Shown in pieces: positions 27,884 to 40,649 of a stretch of DNA of 64,000 nucleotides. Location: assembly GCA_951406725.2 (NCBI GenBank), contig OX597835.1:20336001-20400000 (forward strand), in the 5' to 3' direction. Position numbers and translations under genes: made by a program. Numbering within the stretch: position 1 is the first letter of the stretch; the number at the start of each line of letters is the position of its first letter. The notes under the pieces are model-generated. The model was not told the origin of the DNA. It ran no database searches and saw nothing but the letters and a program-made list of their open reading frames with translations. Origin of the DNA: Octopus vulgaris. Lineage: Eukaryota.

Positions 27884-27992
27884 GCGATTATCTCCCTTAC
27901 ACCGGAAGAAATCACTCATTACCTCCCCTTATTTAGAACTCTTTTGAACATAAACATAACGATAACTCTATTCAACATAAACATAACGTCGT

Positions 27993-28031
27993 AAGAAATT
28001 TGAAAAGCTAAACGCGAAACCGGTCTTTCTT
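27993..28031 (+). ncRNA. Degenerate hammerhead motif downstream of the PLE ORF (pLTR-like)
   Basis: aagaaa-t TTGAAAA gc-taaac-gc GAAA ccgg TC tttctt: 6-bp stem I, palindromic helix III, two core substitutions versus CTGAnGA. Confidence 0.5.
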
Positions 28032-28145
28032 CAAAACTATGTCATTATAAGAGAAAATTTTTTTTAATATTCTTCAGACATATTGACGCAAATATATATT
28101 TTTTAACATTTAAGCCTTCTGTAATTTTTTCACTTTTTACTATTT

Positions 28146-28229
<84 letters not shown>

Positions 28230-28247
28230 CTAGCAGACCTCTGCTAC

Positions 28248-28293
28248 TCTAGACTGATGATGGGCAAGACCCAGAAACATGCATGTCTCTTGA
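28248..28293 (+). ncRNA. Minimal type I hammerhead ribozyme motif
   Basis: tctaga CTGATGA tggg-caaga-ccca GAAA catgcatg TC tcttga: intact core, GUC cleavage triplet, palindromic helix III, stem I 5 of 6. Confidence 0.82.
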
Positions 28294-28530
28294 TGCAGGC
28301 CTAGCTGTTGGGGGTGTTTGTCTCCTCTTCGTAAATATACAAGGACACAGGAAATGTGTCAAGGCCGACAGGAAGCGTTGATGCTTCCTAGGGCTAAACA
28401 GCGATGTTGTAATTCCCTTACAGGACTGTCACATTAAGTTGACAGTATACAACCACTCTCTCTCTCTCGTGTGTACTGTCGTCGATTTTTTCCCTCTGTC
28501 TTCCCTTCTCTGTATCTTTCCTTCTCCTAT

Positions 28531-28565
28531 GTTTCCGACGAAGAGTTTCGCTCGAAACGTTAAAC
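28531..28565 (+). ncRNA. Minimal hammerhead-like motif with U4-to-C change
   Basis: gttt CCGACGA a gag-tttcg-ctc GAAA cg TT aaac: stems I and II intact. Confidence 0.55.
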
Positions 28566-28646
28566 CCGCCTTTCCTTCTTTCCCGAGCGTCCAATAATAC
28601 TATATTTGTTCCACGTCCTCGCGTTGTTGTGTATTCTTGTTTGAAT

Positions 28647-28734
<88 letters not shown>

Positions 28735-28738
28735 AATA

Positions 28739-28796
<58 letters not shown>

Positions 28797-28800
28797 AATA

Positions 28801-28867
<67 letters not shown>

Positions 28868-28874
28868 GTATATG

Positions 28875-29002
<128 letters not shown>

Positions 29003-29015
29003 GTATATATGTATA

Positions 29016-29084
<69 letters not shown>

Positions 29085-29085
<1 letters not shown>

Positions 29086-29246
29086 TACGACAGGCTTCTT
29101 TCAGTTTCCGCCTACCAAATCCACTCACAAGGCTTTGGTCGGCCCGAAGCTATAGTAGAAAACACTTCCCCGAGGTGCCACACAGTGGGAGTCAACCCGA
29201 AACAATGTTCGTAAGCATGCTACTTAACACAGGCAACTCTGCGCCT
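29085..29246 (-). mobile_element. SINE family A, 5' half
   Basis: Head and body up to the (TA)n tract. Confidence 0.75.
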
Positions 29247-29989
29247 ATATATACGGTATCTGCATATGTTAAGTCCACGTAGTCAATGGCCAAATTAAGC
29301 ACTTCTCAAGGCATTTTGTTGAGGTTTTCATATAACATACGTTTAAATACGTGCACTCGCCTCTGTCCGTGTGTATATATCTGTGCACGTACACTAATGC
29401 CTCGCCACATCGCGGTACACCAATCGCGCACTCGGTATACCACGGTTCATCTATCGTTCAGTCAGTTTGTCGAGGATTTTTCTTGCTAGTATATGTCGTT
29501 TTATATCTCGCATTCACATGTCACGGGTTTCTGCGGGTTTTAGGTATTTATATATTTTTAGATTTTAATTATTTCTGTGGGAGATTTTTAAACGTAACAT
29601 TTTCTTTATTTTTCTATTGAAGGGGACGGACATGGACCCTACAACATATAATGATTGATATACTCTAAATCGGTATAAATTCAAAAAATAAAGCGAAACC
29701 GTAACACTCGTGATAGTCAAGGGCTTGCTTTATATACAAATGTGTTTGTTTCTACGCTTACGCCCACACGCAAACATCTATTTACATATACAAACTGAAA
29801 AAAGACACATAGATATACAAGATAAGTGACAATAATAAAAATATGAATAATTAATATTTTAATCAAATAAAACTGTAAGAAATGTGTATTTGCTGAAAAA
29901 TTATTAACTTGTTAGACGCACAGAACTATCACGTCTGAGGAAATTAAGTCACATAAGAACAAGAAGCACGGGTCCTAACATAAAATGCA

Positions 29990-30577
29990 CAAGGCCTGAA
30001 ATTTGGGGGTAGAGGCCTGTCGATTAGATCGATCCCAGTACAGAATTGGTACTAAATTTATTGACCCTTAAAGGATGAAAGGTAAAGTCAAACCTCGGCG
30101 GAATTTAACTCAGAACGTAAAGACAGACGATATACAATTAAGCATTTCGACCGGCTTGCTAACGTTTCTTATTTCTTTATTGCCCACAAGGGGCTAAACA
30201 TAGAGGGGACAAACAAGCACAGACAAAAGGGCTATGTCAATTACATCGAGCCAAGTTCGTAACTGGTACTTAAATTATCGACCCCGAAAGGATGAAAGTC
30301 AAAGTCTATCTCGGCGGAATTTGAACTCAGAACGTAAACACACGAAATACCTATTTCTATTTCTTTACTACCCAAAAGGGGCTAAACACAGAGAGGACAA
30401 ACAAGGACAGGAAAAGGGATTAAGTCGATTACATCAACCTCAGTCCTTAATTTATCGACCTCGAAAGGATGAAAGGCAGAGTAGACCTCGGTGGTATTTG
30501 AACTCAGAACGTAACGACAGACGAAATATGGCTACACATTTCGCCCAGCGTGTTAACGCTTCTGCCAGCCCGCCGCT
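29990..30577 (-). mobile_element. Tandem/nested cluster of three SINE family C copies
   Basis: gaaaggatgaaag...cggcggaatttgaactcagaacgt repeated at ~30070, ~30290 and ~30465. Confidence 0.8.
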
Positions 30578-31133
30578 TTGGAAATAATATTAATTAAAGA
30601 TGTGTAATTCTGTATTCTTTAGCGTCTTTATACAATAATGGACTCTCCCGTCGAAAATAACCTATCTGCGTTTAGCTTTTGTCGAACGACATGCGCAAAG
30701 ATTTGTTTATAGTGATCAAATGTTCGTGTTACACACACACCCATATATATATTATAATTAACTTTTTTATTTCGAGTTTTTCCTGTTACAATTTAAAACA
30801 GCCCCTCATAAAACAAATTGGTGACAAGCCGTTTTTTTTTGAAGAGAAAGAGAAACAAAAATAGAAATTAAGAACTATTAATAAATTAAAAAAGAACTAG
30901 AAAGAGAAGAATGACTAAAGAATTAAAAAAGTTCAACCGTCAATCACTCGTAAAATCTCAATATAATTCTACAAGAAGTAACACGAGAGGACTACGACGT
31001 GTTTACAAAATCAAGGTAGATGCTCCATTTCTTTTTTATTAAATTCACCTTGCTTATTTTCATTGTATGAGCTCTAATTTTTTCAATTCGATATCTGTCT
31101 TGCACATAGTGATATATATATATATATATATAT

Positions 31134-31221
31134 ACAAGGAAAAATTGTAAAAAGGCAGAATGCTAAATTGAAAGAAAATTTTAATGAAAATGGGTGTATG
31201 GAAAAAGTTTTGGGGCAATTG

Positions 31222-31255
<34 letters not shown>

Positions 31256-31427
31256 TTTGATTTTGATTTTCATTTTTCCAGTTTCAGCTAATGAGCTGTG
31301 GCCATGCTGGGGCACCGCCATATATTTTTTTTTATTGTATCAATTTTCCAAAAACTTGTTCCATACACCCATTTTCATTAACATTTTCTTTCAATTTAGC
31401 ATTCTGCCTTTTACAATTTTTCCTTGT
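31134..31427. repeat. ~90-bp inverted repeat pair enclosing (TA)n and a LINE 3' tail
   Basis: 31134-31224 is the reverse complement of 31338-31427 with few mismatches. Confidence 0.85.
31252..31320 (-). mobile_element. Ultra-short 3' tail of the CR1-group LINE
   Basis: agtttcagctaatgagctgtggccatgctggggcaccgcca is nearly identical to 36664-36704; tail is (AAAATC)n. Confidence 0.8.
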
Positions 31428-31476
31428 GCGGTCAACACAACCCCACATTTATTGATCCCCATATATATATATTTAT

Positions 31477-31528
<52 letters not shown>

Positions 31529-31950
31529 AGCTTAATGTACACGGCTTATAGTTATGAGCAACCAATTGTTTCATGAATTGAATATATTTTCTAGGCGCGT
31601 GTTAAGACATGCCCAGTGCATACACAGAATCTCGGCTTTTGGCCAGAATGCCCATACAAGTTTAAAATCGTAACAGTTGAAGAAGAGTAAGCATAAGAAG
31701 GGATGAGATGAAGGTTGATTCTGAAAGGGAAATGCTGAAAAGAAAATAAACAAAAAGAAAGCGACAACAAAAAATAAAGGTGAAGAATTATGTTTAATTC
31801 CTCCCCTTTTTTCCTTTTGTTTTGTCTTTTAAGAAAAAAAACAAAACCCTTTCTCTTCCTTTCAATTGTTATACTCATCTGATAAATATTTTTTAACGAG
31901 TTGGCGGAGCTTTTCTCTATGTTCTACGTATTGATGTCTTATTGTATTAC

Positions 31951-31982
<32 letters not shown>

Positions 31983-31983
31983 A

Positions 31984-32074
<91 letters not shown>

Positions 32075-32385
32075 ATCATGAAATAGTAACTGTAACTTCA
32101 TTTTCCTCTTAACTACCCCGGACACAAGTTTTCCATATATATGTCTTCTTTCTCTCAATTTACCTCCAGACTTACAAAAAACATCATTTGATTTTGTCTG
32201 CGTTAACTCTATTGATGCTGCATCTTAATAACAAACAGAGGAAACTTGAGTGCTGGAAACACTACACATTATTGCACAGTGCTTGGTATATATATACAAG
32301 TGCTTACAAACATGTATACATCTACAGCTATACTTATTTCTATACATACACAAAGACGCACTCACACACGGGTATGTACGTACGT

Positions 32386-32446
<61 letters not shown>

Positions 32447-32716
32447 ATGTGTGTGTGTGTGTTAGTCGTCACTAGAATTTTGTCTTAGATTTTGTCTATT
32501 TTTCTCCATACTTTGTATATTTCAAATATTTGTTATTTTCTGCCTTCTCTATTTTGCATTGATTTACTTGATAGTATAGTAAATCGATATCTACCCACCT
32601 CTGATCTGAGTCTGTGACCTCAGGGTAAACCTCGGACAACAACGGACATATAAATAAACTCATATGCATATACACAAACTCACACACACTTCCATTCAAT
32701 CTCACGTATAATATAA

Positions 32717-32793
<77 letters not shown>

Positions 32794-32848
32794 TACTGGG
32801 AGAAGAAGAGGAAGAGACGAAACGAAACGGAACGAATCGGTTCGAATC

Positions 32849-32893
<45 letters not shown>

Positions 32894-33343
32894 GATATGA
32901 CGGGAGATAATGTTGATAGTCTGTTTGAGAAAAGAAACATCTTTACCATGTGTGTACAAAGCTACGCTATATCGTCTGTAAATATTGATTTCTAACGGAT
33001 ATACACGGGATCAAATTCGATGGGGATGATATTATTTTAGTGGTACTTCATCGACAGGTCAATGCGGCACTCAGTAGAATTTTATTACAATGAAGCTAAC
33101 ATAAACTGAAAGAATTTTATGCGTCATCACTATTCGGTCAATCGTTGTTTGTCAAAGTCAGTTTCCATGTCTTTGTTTTTGTTTTCGCTTCTCGTTGTGC
33201 TCTACGATTTTTTGGTGTCCTGTACCCATGTATATATATGCATGTATATATACATATAGATGTAGGTATGTACATATATGTATGTATGTATGCATATGTT
33301 TTATTTATTAATTTGTTATATGATCGGACGCCACGCATCCACT

Positions 33344-33745
33344 TCCTGGAAGGAATTGTGCCAAATTTTGGCATTGTAAGCTACACCAATGCTAGAACGG
33401 GACGACACTGCATCGTGCCAAAGATCCCAGCAATGCCATCACGCTTCAGGACCAGCTTCTGCAACAGCCTGGTTTTCAAGGGCCCACAGCTTTTTAATAT
33501 TCTCCCAAAGAGTCTGAGGAACTTGCACAAAGTAGATGTAGCGGTTTTTAAATCAAAGCTGGGCATCTTCCTGTCAAGAGTCCCAGATGAACCTACCTCA
33601 CGGCAAGAGGTGCAAATGAGAGTAGCTGTATCAAACTCCATTCTTCACCAAGTGCCACGTATTAGACGAGGTTCGTCGCAATAACAGTGTAGCACAAAAC
33701 GGCGGTGCATCAGCATGGCCGCAGCTCTGAGCTGAAACTATAAAA
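33344..33745 (+). mobile_element. 5'-truncated copy of a sister subfamily of the CR1-group LINE
   Basis: LEGIVPNFGIVSYTNARTGRHC...FKSKLGIFLSRVPDEPTSRQE...SNS aligns with the ORF2 C-terminus at 36730-37070; same 3' tail motif. Confidence 0.9.
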
Positions 33746-33759
33746 GTTTTTTTTTTTAA

Positions 33760-33792
<33 letters not shown>

Positions 33793-35817
33793 AGTACTTA
33801 TATATCTATATATATATATATATAGAGAGAGAGAGAAAGAGGTAAGTATATGTATTTATACGTATATGTATTCAAGTATGTATATGAATATGCACTCACC
33901 ACACACACACGTGTTGTGTCAAAAAAAATATGAATTCTTTCAAAATATCAACAAACCTAACCAAATATATCGGTAGTCTTACAGTATTAAAACGAGCGAT
34001 TCGCTATTGCACCAATCAGTTCTACGCTAAACAATTATGGACAGATGGACGAAAATATATGAAGAAAAACGCGCTAATGAGAATTTCATTTGTAATGTTT
34101 TCGAAGTAAGACATTTTCTGTTATATAACAACACGTCTACAGCAAAACTTAAATGAGACAGCATTCGATAGTTGATAATTTCACTCACCTCATTTATCTT
34201 TTCAATATGCCTGAAGGCTACAATAATACTTGTCTGTTAAAATATGTGGTATTTCTTTTATGTGTTTCACAGAAAGTAAAGTTAATAAACTATACAGAAC
34301 GGTAACGTAATAAAACACAAAATGCCTCCGTCTGACTTGTCATTAGCTGTCATTCTTCACAGATTATTTTACTATCAAAAATAATTAGAAGAATAATTAA
34401 CACGCTACATATTCAAGTCCGAGTATAAATATTCAAAAGAAAAACAAAGAAATGAAACAGAAAACAAAACAAATAAAGAATGACTGAGCTTGTTTCTTCT
34501 AAGTGCACAGAATTCCTTCCTTTCTCTCATTTATTTTCCGCTTTTTGTTTTCTCCCCCGTTCCTTTTTGTTATTTATTTAGTGGTTTCACAATATTTTAT
34601 CAATTTCTTTCTTCGGTGTTTGTCTGTCAGATTTCTATCATTTCTTATCTGAAGTTTCTGAATTCTTCTTCTTCTTCTTTCGCCTTCTTATTCTCATCCT
34701 CATGTTCTTCTTCTGTCGCCACTGCTGATGTCAGTTAATTCAGGGTTGTGCATATTCATGTTGCAACAATTACAACTGATTTGTCTTCCACAGACACAAG
34801 GTTTGAAATGAGCACCGAGAGAGAGCCAAGCGATTACATCGATCGCAGTGTTCAGCTGGTGCTTATTTTAACGACCACGAATGAACGAAAGGCGGAATTA
34901 GAACTCCGAAAGTGCAAACAGACAAAGTGCTTCTAAGCATTTCGCCCAGCGTGCTAACGCTTCTGACCGGGTCGCCACATTAATCATCAGCTCGACGCTA
35001 ATGAAAATAATACTTTCTACATTAGGCTCAAGGCCCGAAATTTTGGGGAACTAGTCGATTAGGGCTAAGGGGTTGGGGTTTTAGGGTTAGAGTTAGAGTT
35101 ACGGAAAAAGTTTAAAATGAAGAAATTGGAAGAGGAAGGGAGCAATAAATTTCAGGGAAAGAGGAAAAAAACTAAAAGCAGTAGAAATGCACGGACGATG
35201 ATGGTGCTCTAATGAAGTGAACGTGCTTCAAATACACTCGTTTATTCATACGAAGGTAACTCAGATGAAATATGTCATAAGTAACAGTGACAAAAGAAAT
35301 ATACACCGAACGTTTTTGACAAATAAAAGCAGTAATTTTATTCAGCTGAATACACGTCATTGATTGGTTGAAATTACCGAAATACAACTTTAACACGATA
35401 TAACTTCGAAAATAGAATCTTTTCTCAACAACACTAAGAGTAAAAGATGTTCTATACGACATATTCTACCAGTATCCGAAGTTTGAAAGTGTTAAAGAGA
35501 ATTTAATAATTGAGTTGTCCACCAAAAGGAAAAGATCCTTCAGGACTTCTTTTCCTTCTAGATAAGCAATTTTTGATTAAAGGTTTTCTTCGATTTTTGT
35601 GATGTTTTAAACCGTAATTATAATTCCATACAACCAGCGGCTATTGAAAAGACCGTTAGTAGAAGGGACAAATGAAACAAAACCATTTTCAAATGTCTGT
35701 CACAGTAATTGTATATTTATGCGTATAATCTTATTTATTCCATTCTAAATAAAAATGTCCGACGAACACGAAATTGAGTATCAGTTTTCGTGGTATCTTT
35801 GCTGCTTTTTATGTATG

Positions 35818-36629
<812 letters not shown>

Positions 36630-36630
36630 C

Positions 36631-36661
<31 letters not shown>

Positions 36662-36729
36662 CTAGTTTCAGCTTATGAGCTGTGGCCATGCTGGGGCACC
36701 GCCATTTGGTGTTGCTACTTGGTTTCACT

Positions 36730-38099
36730 TCATGGAGGCTTTCTAGCAACTGCTATTTGGTGCATGAGAGAGTTCGATGCAGCTGCCCTCATCTGCCCCT
36801 CCTGCCGTGAAGTTGGTTCATCTGGGACACCTGACAGGAAGAGATCCAGCTTCATTTTAAAGACATCTGTATCCAACCCATGCAGGTCTCTCAGGTTCTT
36901 CGGGAGGATATTGAAGATCTGTGGGCCTCGGAAGCCCAGGCTATCACAGAATCTTGTCCTACAACTTGATGGCAGGTTTGGAGTCCTAGGCACCACGCAG
37001 TGGCGCCCAGTTCTGGCATTTGCGTAACTCTCGATGCCAAAGTTCAGGACACTTCCCTCCAGGATCTTCCAGATGTATATTATGGCATATCTTTCCCGCC
37101 TACGCTCCAGGGAATATAATTTTAATCTCTTGAGTCTTTCCCAGTAGCTTACATTCTGCATAGAGGCTATCTTCTTTGTGTAGCTTCGTTGGATCGCCTC
37201 AAGTTCTGTGACCAACTTGACACTGGATGGTGACCATAGCTGAGAGCAATAGTCAAAGTGGCTTAGGACAAGTGTCTTCCAGAGGACCATCATGGTTTCT
37301 TGTTCTCTTGTTCTAAAGGTTCTAAGAATCCATCCAGCCAGCCGTCTACATTTCATTGTCAGTTTAGCAACATGTACATGAAAGGTCGCGTCATCACTCA
37401 TGTGAATACCCAGGTCACGCACTGATTGTGCCTCTGGGATTGCAATCCCTCCGGGTCCAGTGTATTCATTGGGTATTGCATTCAGTTTTGCATGCTGATA
37501 GTATAAAGCTTGAAACTTTCCAGCATTGAACTGCATGCTATTCTTTTCAGCCCACTTGTATATTTCGTCCAGCTCACATTGCAGGTGTTTAGTGTCCTCA
37601 GGGTTCTGTATTGCCTGTGAAACTTTTGGATCATCTGCATAACTTGTGATCGTGGCTCTCTGCGTGGCTGAGGGCATGTCTGAGAGGGCCATTATGAACA
37701 GTAGTGGTCCCAGAACAGTGCCCTGCGGAACACCGCTCACTATTTGTGTGTTAATGGAGGTGGCCCCATTGGCTACTACCACCTGACTTCTATCCTTCAG
37801 AAAGTCATGAAGCCATTCTCCCAGTTTTCCAACTATGTTGAGATCACGCAGTTTGTGACATATCATTCCATGATCGACTTTATCAAAGGCCTTTGCAAAG
37901 TCGAGATATATCACTTCCACATTTGAGTGGTTGAGCAGCCGTTTCAGCACCCAGTCATAGTGTTGTAGGAGCTGAGTTAAACAGCTTCTCCCTGGTCGGA
38001 AACAATGTTGGGTGTCGGGCAGCAAGTCATTCTCTTCAAGGAAGGTGATCAGCTTCCTTCTGACTATTCATTCCATGACCTTGCTGATGTGTGAGGTCA
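36730..38099 (-). pseudogene. LINE ORF2, reverse transcriptase part
   Basis: QHCFRPGRSC, YLDFAKAFDKVDH, SGVPQGTVLGPLLF, YADD, VRDLGI, LERRR motifs. Separated from the upstream part by a 2-nt insertion at ~38100 and a TGA at 38068-38070. Confidence 0.95.
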
Positions 38100-39836
38100 G
38101 AGAGATATAGGTCTATAGTTCTTGGCTTCCGCTCTGCTACCTCCTTTATGAATGGGGCATATTTTACCTTCCTTCAGTTTTCCTGGAAGTTTGCCAGCTG
38201 CAAGGAAGCTCTGAAAGAGGAACTGCAGTGGTCTTGCTAGGACTCTCTTACATGCTTTTAGGAGGATTGCCGGGAATCCATCGGGGCCAGTAGCTGAGTC
38301 GGTTTTCATTTCATCTATAGCCTTGGTTACATCGTCTTCCTTTATATCGATGTAATCTATCGTCGCCGCCTCTGATTTTATATCTGCAGTGGTAAAAATG
38401 TCAGTTGGATTGGTGATTTGGAGATGCCCAAGGGGTGGAGTGAAAACACTCTTGAATTGCTCATTCAGTATTTCACTTACCCTCATTGGTTTTCCTGTAA
38501 GTGTGCCATCCTTTTCGAGGAGTGGCCCTATTCTACAGTGCACTGTAGCTGTTTCTTTGGCATACCTGTAGAAAGCTCTGGGGTTAGATTTTATGTTTTC
38601 TATAGCCCAGGCTTCTTTGTCTGCTCTTTCTTTTTCATGGGAGAGTTGCAGACATTTTTCGATTTCCAACAGTTTTATTTTTAGGCGGGACTTTTCACTG
38701 CTTTCAATCTGTTTGTTTAGGCGATTTGAAAATTTCGTACGCCGTCTCATTAAAATTTTCCTCTCTCTGGGGATTTTGTTCTTGTGTACAGTGGCCTTTC
38801 TCTCTGGGACACATTTGTAGCATATGGCTTGCATTACAGACATGAATTGTTGAAGTTTCACGTCGATGTCTGGCGAGGAGAGACATTTAGGCCAGTTTTG
38901 TTTGAGGATCTCTTTCTCAATTTGTTTCCAGTTTGCCTTATGGTAGTTCAAGCTGGAAAGATTTTGAGGGTTTCTTGTAGGCTGCATGTCCGTGCTCTCT
39001 TTTGGCCCGTACATGGTCAGCTCTATCATGTTGTGATCCGAGAGTAGTGTCGGTGTCATTTTCACATTATGGATGAGATCCATGTCATTTGTGAAGCAGA
39101 GATCCAGTGTGTTACCTGCCCTGGTTGGTTGGAGTATTACCTGCTCCATGTACAGGGTGTTGATGAGGTTCAGGAGGGACCTCGCCTGTCCTCGTTCACA
39201 TCTTGTCATTCCTGGGAGAGAAAGGCCCTCGGGCCATCTGACATTGGGCAGATTGAAGTCTCCCATAAGAAGCACACCTATGTGTTGTTCTAATGTGGTT
39301 AGAATTTCTTCTATTTTTATAAGGCAGTCTTCAAACTTGCCCACATGGCTTGGGGCATCTGGAGGGCGATATGTAGCACACACAACTACATCAAGTTGCC
39401 TAATATGTACAATTAGTGTGTCACACACCGAGTTTGAGTATGACAAGAGGACCTGGGGTGTGAGGTCCTCACGGATGTACATAGCAACACCTCCATGACT
39501 CCTTTCTTTCCTGTCGGTCCGTAGTACAGCATACTGTGGTATGTGTAACTCCGCATCTGCTATGTCCGGTTTCAGGTGCGTTTCTGTAAGTGCTATGCAT
39601 AAGGCTTGATTGCATGCAACAAAGTCTCTCAGGAACGGGATCTTTGTCCTGTTACTGAGTGTTTGCAGTCCTCTGATGTTCAGTAGGAGTATCGAGGTGA
39701 GGTGTACGTTGTTGCCGGCGGTGTCCATCCTGTGTCTGTTTGCTGTGGTGGTCTGGTATATAGTGGGTAGTCCCACCTGCGGGCTTGGGTTTGATGGAGC
39801 CAGGTCAGCTGCTGTACAATCTTTTGTGCCATGCAC
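38097..39836 (-). pseudogene. LINE ORF2, apurinic-like endonuclease and linker up to NYRPISL
   Basis: LNIRGL, IALTETHL, DR..GGVAMY, YRPP, GDFNLP, PTR..NTLDL, SDH, GPDG and NYRPISL motifs. Confidence 0.95.
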
Positions 39837-40591
39837 AAAAAAGATTGTTGCTCAGCAGCTGCTCTTTCGACAACATCATGTTGGCTGTTTGTGGCGCGCA
39901 CAACATCTGCGTACCTCCGCTTTGGGGCAGGTGGTGCGTGGTCCATCCCTTTTCTTTGTGTTGATGGTTTGTCCATCTGCCTCGTGTCTCTGTGGCAGGG
40001 TCCCCGATGTGCAAAGCGGCAGCCTGCACCTTCCTTTCCATGCCAGCAGGAACCTCTCAGGTAGAACATACACACCCGTGTGCGCTGTTTGGTTCCATCC
40101 TTTGCGGTTCCACTTCTATTCCTGGTTGTTTCACTCTTTGGTCCTGCTTGAGCTTTTTCTTTTCCTTTAGCTCTTCCAGTCCTTCTTTTAGTTCTTCTTC
40201 CTCCCTCTACCTCTTCACCGGGTTCTCCGTCTCCATGGCCCTTGCTGCCGGTTGGAGAACTTGCACCTGGGTTCACTTCCCGGGCAGGTTTCTCATTCAA
40301 AACCTCCTCCCGGGCGTCCACCAGGTGGGGGTGACTTCTTTCATCGTCTCCATTCTTGCCATCTTTGCCCCGCTCGTTCTCAAAGATGGTATCAAGTGCG
40401 CCAATGTGCGACCGTACAAGCGCATATGAGCGCACGAATTCCCGTCTCTTTCGCTCCATCTGAGCCGCTGTCCTCTTGTAGCCTCTGCTCTTCAGCGCAG
40501 CCGCAATCACCTCGCTAGGGCTATCTCCGCCGGCGCACTCCCATGCTTGTACGAATAAATCCAGCTCGTCAGGTCTCCATGCTCTGGACAT
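39680..40591 (-). CDS. LINE ORF1, 303 aa: N-terminal Myb/SANT-like (trihelix) domain and a CCCH zinc finger
   Basis: Open frame directly upstream of and overlapping ORF2. WRPDELDLFVQAW...IAAALKSRGYKRTAAQMERK resembles Myb_DNA-bind_4; CMFYLRGSCWHGKEGAGCRFAH is C-x7-C-x8-C-x3-H. Confidence 0.8.
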   Translation of the reverse strand: MSRAWRPDELDLFVQAWECAGGDSPSEVIAAALKSRGYKRTAAQMERKRREFVRSYALVRSHIGALDTIFENERGKDGKNGDDERSHPHLVDAREEVLNEKPAREVNPGASSPTGSKGHGDGEPGEEVEGGRRTKRRTGRAKGKEKAQAGPKSETTRNRSGTAKDGTKQRTRVCMFYLRGSCWHGKEGAGCRFAHRGPCHRDTRQMDKPSTQRKGMDHAPPAPKRRYADVVRATNSQHDVVERAAAEQQSFLCMAQKIVQQLTWLHQTQARRWDYPLYTRPPQQTDTGWTPPATTYTSPRYSY

Positions 40592-40649
40592 GCTGGATAA
40601 TCCGTCTATCCGTTTATCTATCTAATTATGTTTGAGAGAAGACAGGAAG

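Noticed and set aside
35058-35100. Telomere-like ttagggttagagttagag (also aaccctaaa at ~15385)
   Set aside because: Only 1-3 degenerate units; insufficient for an interstitial telomere call.
38389-40518. Plus-strand ORFs of 60-186 aa within the LINE
   Set aside because: Antisense shadows of ORF1 and ORF2 with no independent motifs.
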